64,000 nucleotides of DNA, taken from NCBI GenBank assembly GCA_041659325.1, contig JBAZYN010000004.1, positions 583 through 64,582 on the forward strand, read 5' to 3'. Of the stretch, positions 56,406 to 64,000 are shown piece after piece. The notes under the pieces are model-generated. The model did no database searches, was not told where the DNA came from, and saw nothing but the letters and a program-made list of their open reading frames with translations. Every line of letters starts with the position of its first letter. The first letter of the stretch is position 1. Source of the DNA: Candidatus Shapirobacteria bacterium (GTDB lineage Bacteria; Patescibacteriota; Microgenomatia; UBA12405). Both the position numbers and the translations under genes were made by a program.

Positions 56406-57350
56406 CCCTCTAAAAAATTCCACATCGCGATTTAGCGCCTCTGCCCAGTGACCGGCAATATTATGGTTATCCCTCTGGTAAGAATACAAAGTTGATTTTT
56501 TCCCGCTTCTAATCAGAGCATCGTTTAGTTGTTTTCCCCAACCAAATGGTACCGATTCGTCGGTTATGCTATGGTGAATAATAACCGGAGCTGTGATCAT
56601 ATTTATATTGTCAAGTGACGATAGCTGCTTTCCATATTTTGTCGTAAGCTCTCTGGCAGAGATTATGTTCAAATCACTGTCGGCATTATGATTTTTCCCA
56701 AAATAGCTCAGGCTTAGGGGATATGACGTTACCGCCGGAGCCCACAGTGATACCCCCCTTATTCTTGCCGAAACTTCGGCCACCTGCAGGACCACATCCC
56801 CGCCCAACGAATGTCCGTAAAGAAATATGAAGTTAGAATTGGCCTCGGGTATCGACTTTACCGCCTCCACTAAATTTAATACATCAACCGCATATTGATT
56901 TCTTGCTACAAGCTGAGTTGGCACCCCCTCCGATTTATCATGACCCCTATAGTCGGGTTTCAGCACCAAAAAACCACTGTTGGCGAAATACGCTGAAGTG
57001 TTTTTATAAGAATCTATTGTCGAAAATTGTCTGGGATTTATATATCCATGGTTTACGATTACCACCGGCCACCCGCCCGCGGGGGCTATTCCTTTTGGTA
57101 TATGCATCAAGCAGTATTGTTTTTGTTCTTCCGACAAATAGGAAACAGTGTATGACCGAAAACCGGTCTGTCCTGTTATTTCTTTTTCAATTTTGATTTT
57201 GCCGTCAGTATTAACTTTATCCATAAGTTTTTCTATCGCATATGAATGCCAATCGGGGTTGTCCGGGACAACGTCCGGAGTATCTCGTATCTGCCGCCAA
57301 ACCATTACCCCGCCTATCAGCAAAAATAATATCACTACCACTCTTCTCAT
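56385..57350 (-). CDS. Secreted alpha/beta hydrolase (dienelactone hydrolase / S9-like esterase)
   Basis: Signal/TM N-terminus, the nucleophile elbow GHSLGG, and the HGY motif. Confidence 0.65.
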   Translation of the reverse strand: MRRVVVILFLLIGGVMVWRQIRDTPDVVPDNPDWHSYAIEKLMDKVNTDGKIKIEKEITGQTGFRSYTVSYLSEEQKQYCLMHIPKGIAPAGGWPVVIVNHGYINPRQFSTIDSYKNTSAYFANSGFLVLKPDYRGHDKSEGVPTQLVARNQYAVDVLNLVEAVKSIPEANSNFIFLYGHSLGGDVVLQVAEVSARIRGVSLWAPAVTSYPLSLSYFGKNHNADSDLNIISARELTTKYGKQLSSLDNINMITAPVIIHHSITDESVPFGWGKQLNDALIRSGKKSTLYSYQRDNHNIAGHWAEALNRDVEFFRGLIFGLE

Positions 57351-57397
57351 TTTTTCATTATAAAACTTTCTCAGTTAAACTGGGTTACAATACACTT

Positions 57398-58132
57398 ATG
57401 AACATAACAAGCCAAAAAGGAATTATCCTCTGGCCGTTGATATTAGGTACAGCCGTCTTACTTGGTGCTGTCATACTGGTTCACAGCATTACAGAAACTC
57501 AAAAGTCCAAACTCGAAAGTGCTTCCACCACCCCTGTCACCCAAAACGCCTCAACATCTTCTGCCACTCCAGCGGTATCCGGGTCTCAAACAAAAGGTAT
57601 AATCAGTGGCTCCCTTATTTATCCGAGTGAACAAATCCCCCAAGATTTGGGAGTTTGCGCCCAGAGAATCGATAGCCCCGAACTGGTGGTATGCACCAAT
57701 CAAACTAAAGATAGTAAATTTCAATATGGTGTCGGCTACGAACTTTCTCTTGATCCGGGAAACTACTATGTCTATTCATTTCTGGCCAACGCCAAAGCCT
57801 ATTACACCGAGTATGTTTTGTGCGGTCTAAAAGCCGAATGCAAAAGTCACACAAAAATTCCGGTCGTTGTTACCGCCGGCAGTCACCAGGACAATGTTCT
57901 GCCTCACGACTGGTACGATATCGGACCCACCGAAACCTCCACGCCCTCAAATACTCCCACCCCGAATCCAACCACCGTCTCCACCGTCAAGCCGACATTA
58001 AAAATTGTTCCCGTTGTTTCAATTAAGTTAGAAAAAGAAATGATAAATATCCTGCCCACTGCCACCCCCACTCCGATTCCAACTGTAATAATAAAACCCA
58101 TCGAAAAACCCAAGTTTGAATTGAGTTGGTAG
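57398..58132 (+). CDS. Membrane-anchored hypothetical protein with PT-rich C-terminal region
   Basis: N-terminal TM (ILWPLILGTAVLLGAVILV). The start is moved to the internal ATG because the ORF-track start at 57242 overlaps the hydrolase gene. Confidence 0.45.
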   Translation: MNITSQKGIILWPLILGTAVLLGAVILVHSITETQKSKLESASTTPVTQNASTSSATPAVSGSQTKGIISGSLIYPSEQIPQDLGVCAQRIDSPELVVCTNQTKDSKFQYGVGYELSLDPGNYYVYSFLANAKAYYTEYVLCGLKAECKSHTKIPVVVTAGSHQDNVLPHDWYDIGPTETSTPSNTPTPNPTTVSTVKPTLKIVPVVSIKLEKEMINILPTATPTPIPTVIIKPIEKPKFELSW

Positions 58133-58150
58133 AAAAACAGGTTTATCTAG

Positions 58151-58183
58151 CAACGTTTTCCCGATTTATCGGGATTACGTTGC
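58151..58183. terminator. Bidirectional hairpin (CAACGT/ACGTTG and CCCGAT/ATCGGG arms) between the 57398 gene and tRNA-Trp
   Basis: An interrupted inverted repeat of about 12 bp per arm with a short loop and T-rich flanks. Confidence 0.5.
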
Positions 58184-58252
58184 AGGCCCGTATGGAGTCG
58201 AACCATAAATAAGGTTTTGGAGACCTCTGTGATACCATTTCACTACGAGCCT
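58183..58252 (-). tRNA. tRNA-Trp (anticodon CCA)
   Basis: The reverse complement folds as a cloverleaf: acceptor AGGCUCG/CGGGCCU (one G-U), D-arm GUGA-AAUGGUA-UCAC, anticodon arm GAGGU-CUCCAAA-ACCUU, T-arm UAUGG-UUCGACU-CCAUA, and a short variable loop. The boundaries are accurate to about 2 nt. Confidence 0.65.
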
Positions 58253-58336
58253 AGGTTCTAGAATCTTATTTTACCGCAAAAAGCTACATAAATCCGCTCT
58301 AAACCACCATTTTGCCTTTTTTGTTATAATCGGCCC

Positions 58337-58939
58337 ATGCAAGAGCAAATGGGCTATCTTCTTTCCCGGGTAGGGGAACTCCCTCCTGCGCAAAATCAAA
58401 TTATCGAAAGACATATCCGATTCTGCCCGAAGCAAGGTACCCAGGTGTTCGGCCGAAGTATCCATGATCCCCGGCAAGACGAAGCGGGTTTAAATATTAT
58501 TGAGGCCGAATTGATAACTTTTACTGCAGCCTCTCAATCGGGTGCTCTCAACACCTTCTGGGATTTAAGGGGGCAACCTTCAGAAGGATTACGTGTCGAT
58601 ACTGACGTGGCTAGTGGTTTAGGCTTAGCTCTAAATCTAATTGAAGTCTCTAATCAAGTCAGACCCCCGTCTACGCCACAAATTGCCCATGAAATTATCC
58701 AAGAAATCCTTAGCGATCCTGCACAAAAACCCACCATGAATAGGGTCCATATCCTTATGGATGCAATACGAATAGCGCGCTCAGTGGTTATTAATTGGGA
58801 TGATGATATGACCGGAGAAACTCAGGATTGGCAAAGAATCCGCTTAGGTTTAGCCCTGGCATGTTCTGCCAATTATCCCAATTTTCAAATTAGACTTTGC
58901 CATGTCGGGAGAGAGGGATTCGAAAACGGGACAGACTAG
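58337..58939 (+). CDS. Hypothetical protein (orphan, relatively GC-rich), adjacent to tRNA-Trp
   Basis: A 200-aa ORF with no recognisable motifs. Its composition differs from the neighbouring genes. Confidence 0.4.
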   Translation: MQEQMGYLLSRVGELPPAQNQIIERHIRFCPKQGTQVFGRSIHDPRQDEAGLNIIEAELITFTAASQSGALNTFWDLRGQPSEGLRVDTDVASGLGLALNLIEVSNQVRPPSTPQIAHEIIQEILSDPAQKPTMNRVHILMDAIRIARSVVINWDDDMTGETQDWQRIRLGLALACSANYPNFQIRLCHVGREGFENGTD

Positions 58940-59008
58940 TCAAAGCCCCCCGTCGTCTTTCTCTGTGATAAAATTCACTTGTACCAGATATTAGTTAAAA
59001 ATCTAACA

Positions 59009-61798
59009 ATGGCAAAACCATTTTTTTGTTTTGTTAAATTTCTGTCTTTCTTGGTATTTTTTCTTTTCGCTACCGGCCCGATTATTGCCGTTACCTCTAC
59101 CCCGCGCCCCACCTCTACCCCAAAAAATACCCCCACTCCCAAAAACACTTCGACTCCTCGCCCGACTTCAACCCCCAAAAACACTCCTACGCCCAAAAAT
59201 ACCGCCACCCCAAAACCGACTGCCACTCCAACTGCTGTTCCCTTTGTTAGTATAAGTGTCGCTCCCGCCGACCTCTCTTTTACCGGCAAAAATCTGAAAG
59301 GAGGTTCCAACACCACCCTAAAAGCCATTATTAGAAATTCAGGCAACAGTGTCGCCAAAAATATAAAAACGCAATTTTTTGTTAACGGAACCCAAGTCCA
59401 TGAAAAAAACATATCGTCAATTAGCAAAAACGGTAAAACCACCGTCTCTTACACCTATAAAATTCCCCTCACCGTTTCATCCTCCCTGGTTTTCAAAGTT
59501 ATTGCCGACGGTGACAAAACTGCCGAAATTACCATCCCTGTTATCGCTTCTAGCCATAATTTGACTTTAGAGTCCCTAAAAACTACCTCTTCCAATCCCA
59601 AACCCGGTCAAAAAATTACCTGGGTAATCAAAGTCAAAAATGTCGGCAATGTCAAAGCCGAAAACGTAAAAATTGCTCTCTTTGCCGATAAAGATTCTCA
59701 AAACCCCACCTCTACCCTCGTTATCCCCTCGATCAATTCCGGTGCTACTACCAGTAAAAATATCTCCTGGACTGTTCCACTCAATCTTAGCCCGGCAATA
59801 AATTATCCAATTCGTGCCGTTGTCGACCCGGACAACACTTTTTCCGAATCAAACGAAACAGATAACGCCCAAAATTATTCCTTATCTCTGTCCGTCCCCG
59901 ACCTTTCTATCGAAAAGGGGCAGTATTACGCCGCCACCGGCATTCTCTATTCAAATACTTTTCAGCAAATTTGGGTCAAAATTAAAAACGACGATGACAC
60001 TGTTATTCCCAATGCCAAAGTTGCGATTTATTACTCCTTGGGTACACCAACCTCTGCCCGTACCAAGTTAACGGAAACCACTGTATTTCTGGGCAAAAAA
60101 ACCACCGTTGAACAAATGTTTGATCGGGTAGCTCTGCCAAATACTATTCCGTTAGGAACACAGGTCCATTTTTTCATTGTTGTTGATCCCGATAAAACTA
60201 TTCCCGAATCAAACGAAACCAATAACGAAATTACTATGCAGCGCACCATTACCGAGCGTCCTCCCCAAGCGCAGTTTCCATATCTTTACCTTTATGTCTA
60301 CGACGAAAACAGTACCCCCAAAAGTGGTGTTACTGTTAAATTAACCGACGTTAACCAACCCTCAAATATAAAAACAAAAACTACCGGTAGTGATATTCTC
60401 ACCAGAAATGCCACCGGTGCCGTTGTTTTCGACGCTTTGCCTAGCACCGGCAAATACACCATCGACATCAGTGCCCAGGGCTACCGCTCTCAAACCAAAA
60501 CTCACGATTTCAATCGCGACATCGCCGAAACCCATGAACTTACCTTTGATTTGGATAAAAAAGCTGCTCTTACCGGCACCGTTAAAAATCAATCCGGAAC
60601 TCCGATCAAAGACGTCCGGGTCGTAATTGACGGTTTAAATCTGGAAGCCTTAACCGATTCGCAGGGGAAATACGGCTTCATGTTAAACGGTGGCTCGTAT
60701 TCTGTTCGCTTTGTTAAAAAAGCTTATACCCGTATTGTCGAAAATAACCTAAACATTGCCGCCCTTTCCACAGTTACTCTTGACAAAACCATGTCCACCG
60801 CCACCACTGCCTATGTTTCTGGCTTGGTTACCGATGATGAGGGTAATGGTATGGGCAATGTCGACATCTATGTCAACAACACCATGATTGCGGTCACAGC
60901 CAACGACGGTCATTTTACCTTCAACAGTATGTCGCCGGGTTCGAAGGCATTTAAATTCAAGAAACCCGGATATGTCGATACCGAATTTACCGAAGCTATC
61001 GAAGCTGGCGAAGAATATAATCTGAATTTTTCCATGTACAAGCCTAGCACCGATACTCATGTCGAGCGGGGGACAGAAATCGTCTCCTGGCATCAGCATG
61101 AAGGCACTCCTGGTACCTTTTGGACGACCGAATACAACGTTGATGTTTGGTGGGGTCTGGGCCGGACCAAAATGGCTCTCGATTTTACTAAGAGTGGAGA
61201 CAGCGCCAGGTTAACCAAATTAGTCATCAATAATCATGGTAAACAGTGGGAGTGTAATCAGGTCGAAGGTTCGGGCGATATAGAAACGTCAGCCATTGAT
61301 ATCCCCATTACCATTTCTGCCGGTAGTTGTAGCAATAAACTCACTCAAATGGATGTCTACAAAGTTGCTATCGAATCCGATGGCCAGGAAATTTGGAGTG
61401 ACAACAGCTTCTGGACTTCCGCCACCGACCCCGTCAACACCGGCACCAAAGTTTTTACCTTCAACAATCTTTCGGTCAATTGGAACGGTAATTTCAAAGT
61501 CAAAATGTGGCTTCGGGTTCAGAAAAAAGCTGTCATTGGCACTGATGGAGATGGTGCGGGCGCTCTCTATGGCTATCACTTAGACAAAAAATTAGTCACC
61601 TGGCATCCGCAAAAACCACCGACCACCGTTATCAGCACCAGCTGGGGGCAGTTTGGCAGTTATCTTCTGGGGATTCTCGACAATCCCGTTACCGCTGTCA
61701 CCGATTTTACCGATTTGTTTACGGTCGAACAATACAATACCTATACCATGACCGAAGTTCTGCCCGCCGACTTTCCCGGCGCTCCTCCGCAAAACTAG
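59009..61798 (+). CDS. Large secreted surface protein with PT-repeat linker, CARDB-like and CarboxypepD_reg-like domains
   Basis: Signal peptide MAKPFFCFVKFLSFLVFFLFATGP. The tandem repeat TPKNTPTPKNTSTPRPTS. NSGNSVAKNIKTQFFVNG and VKNVGNVKAENVKIALF (CARDB-like). GTVKNQSGTPIKDVRVVIDG and GLVTDDEGNGMGNVDIYVN (CarboxypepD_reg-like). Confidence 0.6.
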   Translation: MAKPFFCFVKFLSFLVFFLFATGPIIAVTSTPRPTSTPKNTPTPKNTSTPRPTSTPKNTPTPKNTATPKPTATPTAVPFVSISVAPADLSFTGKNLKGGSNTTLKAIIRNSGNSVAKNIKTQFFVNGTQVHEKNISSISKNGKTTVSYTYKIPLTVSSSLVFKVIADGDKTAEITIPVIASSHNLTLESLKTTSSNPKPGQKITWVIKVKNVGNVKAENVKIALFADKDSQNPTSTLVIPSINSGATTSKNISWTVPLNLSPAINYPIRAVVDPDNTFSESNETDNAQNYSLSLSVPDLSIEKGQYYAATGILYSNTFQQIWVKIKNDDDTVIPNAKVAIYYSLGTPTSARTKLTETTVFLGKKTTVEQMFDRVALPNTIPLGTQVHFFIVVDPDKTIPESNETNNEITMQRTITERPPQAQFPYLYLYVYDENSTPKSGVTVKLTDVNQPSNIKTKTTGSDILTRNATGAVVFDALPSTGKYTIDISAQGYRSQTKTHDFNRDIAETHELTFDLDKKAALTGTVKNQSGTPIKDVRVVIDGLNLEALTDSQGKYGFMLNGGSYSVRFVKKAYTRIVENNLNIAALSTVTLDKTMSTATTAYVSGLVTDDEGNGMGNVDIYVNNTMIAVTANDGHFTFNSMSPGSKAFKFKKPGYVDTEFTEAIEAGEEYNLNFSMYKPSTDTHVERGTEIVSWHQHEGTPGTFWTTEYNVDVWWGLGRTKMALDFTKSGDSARLTKLVINNHGKQWECNQVEGSGDIETSAIDIPITISAGSCSNKLTQMDVYKVAIESDGQEIWSDNSFWTSATDPVNTGTKVFTFNNLSVNWNGNFKVKMWLRVQKKAVIGTDGDGAGALYGYHLDKKLVTWHPQKPPTTVISTSWGQFGSYLLGILDNPVTAVTDFTDLFTVEQYNTYTMTEVLPADFPGAPPQN

Positions 61799-61835
61799 TT
61801 AACTTAGGCAATTACGTTTTGTTTATAATCTTTAC

Positions 61836-62306
61836 ATGGAGTTGCCGGCATTTATTAAAAAAAATGCGTTTATATGTTTAGTGTTTTTGTCGGTTTCCTT
61901 TTCATATTTTCAAGTCGTTTTATCAAAAAATACGCCACTTCTCTATCAGAATGAAGTAGACCTGATAGAGCAGCAGCAAAGAATGAACGACTACCCTTCA
62001 ATGTACTATCGACTGGCAAACATTATCGAAAAACGTCCGGAAAGTAGATTGTTTTTCAAATTACAAGACAATTTTTTTAGTATTTTTGATATAAAATCGC
62101 TACCGTTTTTAATAATTTTTTTGATATTAATAGGGTTTTTTGATTTAGTTCAAAAAGGTTATTTAAAATATTTTTTACCTCTTTTTATAATTCCCGTGCT
62201 CACTCTGACTTTTGTTGGGTCAAACGCCACCGTTGGTAACTTTTGTCTTTATCCGGTTTTATTTATTTTTGCCATCAATGGATTTTTATCGATTGCTAAA
62301 AAATAA
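61836..62306 (+). CDS. Small hypothetical membrane protein (uncertain; overlaps the start of the downstream gene)
   Basis: A 156-aa hydrophobic ORF. AT-rich. May not be expressed. Confidence 0.25.
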   Translation: MELPAFIKKNAFICLVFLSVSFSYFQVVLSKNTPLLYQNEVDLIEQQQRMNDYPSMYYRLANIIEKRPESRLFFKLQDNFFSIFDIKSLPFLIIFLILIGFFDLVQKGYLKYFLPLFIIPVLTLTFVGSNATVGNFCLYPVLFIFAINGFLSIAKK

Positions 62307-63816
62307 TCTGTTGTTGATATTTATTCTTACACTCGGACTGTTCCTTTACTGTTATCAATTGGGAACAATTCCCTCCGGAGTATTTATGGATGAAGCTCTA
62401 GTCGGATATGACGCCTTTTCTATTCTTAATACTCTCAAAGATCACCAGGGGCAAACTCTGCCAATTTATTTCAAATTCTTTAATTCCTACACTCCGGGCC
62501 TATTTGTCTATGTTGAAACGATTTTTGTCAAACTGTTCGGACTAAACCCCCAGGCCATCAGGTTGCCTTCAGCAATTTCCTTACTGTCAGTTGCCACTGG
62601 ATTATATTGGTTCCTTAAGAAATATAAGATTTTAAAGTTAAAACAAGCCGAATTATTAGCACTATTTCTTTTTATCATTACTCCTTGGGCGGTTTTTAAT
62701 GCCAGATTAGGTTATGAGGTAACCTTTGCCTTCGCTCTATTGTCACTGGGGATATTATTTTACGAAAAACCTATGTTATCTTTTTTTCTAATTTCTCTGT
62801 CCACCTATGCCGGCCACACCCAAAGATACTTAGCTCCATTAGTTCTCTTAATTATTTATTTTATTTTTTACTTTAAAAAACACCCGTTCAAAAAAATATT
62901 TTTACCACTAGTCTTGGCTGCCATAATTCAAATACCAAATATTATAATGATGTTCACTCCGGCATTTTGGATAAAAAACACCATTTTTACAAGTTCATTT
63001 ATCGAGCAGTACTTTTCATACTTTTCTCCCCAAAATTTATTTAATAAACAGGACAATGATCCGCAAAGATCAATCCCGGGTCTGGCAATATTTTATTCAT
63101 GGATGTTTTTCCCCTGGCTAGCAGGTATTTATGAGCTTTATATAAAGAGAAAAGTTCCCCTCTATTTTTACCTGATTTGTTTAATCATAATAATACCCCT
63201 CCCCGCAGCTCTGGCAAACGCTGATTACTCAACTCAGCGGGCATTGCCATTATTATTACCATACTCCATCGTAATAGCCATCGGTGTCGATAAAATATTA
63301 CAAAATCTACAGCCCTCATCAGGAGTAGTTATTTCATTATGTGTTATTGCCTTCTCTTTGATTTTATTGTGGCGCTCATATTTTATTTTGTTTCCTCGGC
63401 AGCGGGCCACCGCCTGGAATTATGGTTATGACCAAATAGCAAAATTAATTAAAAATAACCCACAAAAACACTTTATTATCGATAATAGCCGAAATGTACC
63501 AGGTATTTTAATATTATTTTGGCTAAAATATCCGCCGTCGTTACTCCAACAGGAAAACCCAGCCCGGGGCGACTACTATTGGAAAGCCAGTAGTACAAGT
63601 AATACCAACTTTGCTAATGTCGAAGTCCGGCCGATTGATTGGAAAGTAGATTCCTGCAGGCATCAAGTTCTGGTCGGGGATGGGCTAGCAATGTCAAGTA
63701 ACCAAATCTCTGAGCATTTTTTAAGTGAGTCTTTGTTAATCAAGGATAACCGTCATCAAATTATCCTCCAGGCCTACGATACAAATCCTGCCCTAAAGTG
63801 CGCCGCGCAAAGGTAA
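62278..63816 (+). CDS. GT-C fold glycosyltransferase, family 39 / ArnT / PMT-like
   Basis: TM1 followed by the first-loop DE motif (FMDEALVGYDAFSIL), more than 10 TM helices and a C-terminal soluble domain. The start is at the internal ATG; the ORF-track start is at 62212. Confidence 0.65.
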   Translation: MDFYRLLKNNLLLIFILTLGLFLYCYQLGTIPSGVFMDEALVGYDAFSILNTLKDHQGQTLPIYFKFFNSYTPGLFVYVETIFVKLFGLNPQAIRLPSAISLLSVATGLYWFLKKYKILKLKQAELLALFLFIITPWAVFNARLGYEVTFAFALLSLGILFYEKPMLSFFLISLSTYAGHTQRYLAPLVLLIIYFIFYFKKHPFKKIFLPLVLAAIIQIPNIIMMFTPAFWIKNTIFTSSFIEQYFSYFSPQNLFNKQDNDPQRSIPGLAIFYSWMFFPWLAGIYELYIKRKVPLYFYLICLIIIIPLPAALANADYSTQRALPLLLPYSIVIAIGVDKILQNLQPSSGVVISLCVIAFSLILLWRSYFILFPRQRATAWNYGYDQIAKLIKNNPQKHFIIDNSRNVPGILILFWLKYPPSLLQQENPARGDYYWKASSTSNTNFANVEVRPIDWKVDSCRHQVLVGDGLAMSSNQISEHFLSESLLIKDNRHQIILQAYDTNPALKCAAQR

Positions 63817-63841
63817 TATCCCCGTGCGCTATAATATCCAC

Positions 63842-64000
63842 ATGACCGATGAGGAAGTTGTGGCTTTGGTCTGTAGCGGAGACAAAGACAAATTTGCCGT
63901 AATTATCCAAAGATACCAAGACAAGCTCTTCCGGTATATCAAAAGGCTTACCGACCGGTCAACCGCCGATATCGAAGACATTCTCTCCGACGTTTTTATA
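63842..64000 (+). CDS. Sigma-70 family RNA polymerase sigma factor (ECF-like), 3' end outside the window
   Basis: The region-2-like N-terminus VVALVCSGDKDKFAVIIQRYQDKLFRYIKRLTDRSTADIEDILSDVFI. Confidence 0.55.
   Translation, partial: MTDEEVVALVCSGDKDKFAVIIQRYQDKLFRYIKRLTDRSTADIEDILSDVFI

Overview
The window is one low-to-moderate GC, compactly arranged bacterial locus, with ATGA and TAATG start/stop overlaps. It reads like a Patescibacteria/CPR-type or similarly reduced cell-wall-less-outer-membrane organism; that is an inference from gene content (many pseudopilins, Pro/Thr-linker surface proteins, giant adhesin-like genes, few biosynthetic genes). The contents fall into six blocks. (1) 1-11.9 kb: a type IV pilus locus with PilB ATPase, PilC platform, an orphan CheY-like receiver, a GAF histidine kinase, four pseudopilins (one fused to a beta-propeller) and the major pilin PilA with a clean intrinsic terminator. 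(2) 12.5-15.9 kb, minus strand: two secreted proteins sharing 'ADTGGN...ANVINLVN' repeats and DUF11-like domains. (3) 16.3-26.3 kb: an extracellular polysaccharide synthesis/modification locus. It holds a processive GT2 with QxxRW, a 1083-aa protein with two NodB deacetylase domains and three CBM-like modules, a GH26-like hydrolase, a clan-A-like hydrolase carrying a dockerin, a NAGPA phosphodiester glycosidase and a Cys-rich small protein; a shared near-palindromic upstream motif precedes two of these genes. (4) 26.3-34.2 kb: housekeeping genes (HIT, flavodoxin-like, LeuA-like DRE-TIM synthase, metK with a probable SAM riboswitch, a convergently overlapping metG, ABC-F, a CxxC-x17-CxxC protein). 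(5) 34.3-51.9 kb: a co-directional, translationally coupled about 17.7 kb block of seven surface-protein genes. It includes paralog pairs with shared N- and C-terminal motifs, two C-terminally anchored paralogs, and a 3103-aa giant protein (Gly-rich segment, DUF2341-like, LamG-like, PbH1 beta-helix repeats). This is my best candidate for an undescribed cell-surface adhesion/appendage system. (6) 52-64 kb: LytR_C membrane protein, CaCA exchanger, cupin, MscL with an unusual C-terminal zinc ribbon, a secreted alpha/beta hydrolase, tRNA-Trp (minus strand) beside an orphan gene, a 930-aa CARDB/CarboxypepD_reg surface protein, a GT39/ArnT-like GT-C glycosyltransferase and the start of a sigma-70 family factor. 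No CRISPR array, transposase, integrase or reverse transcriptase was recognised.
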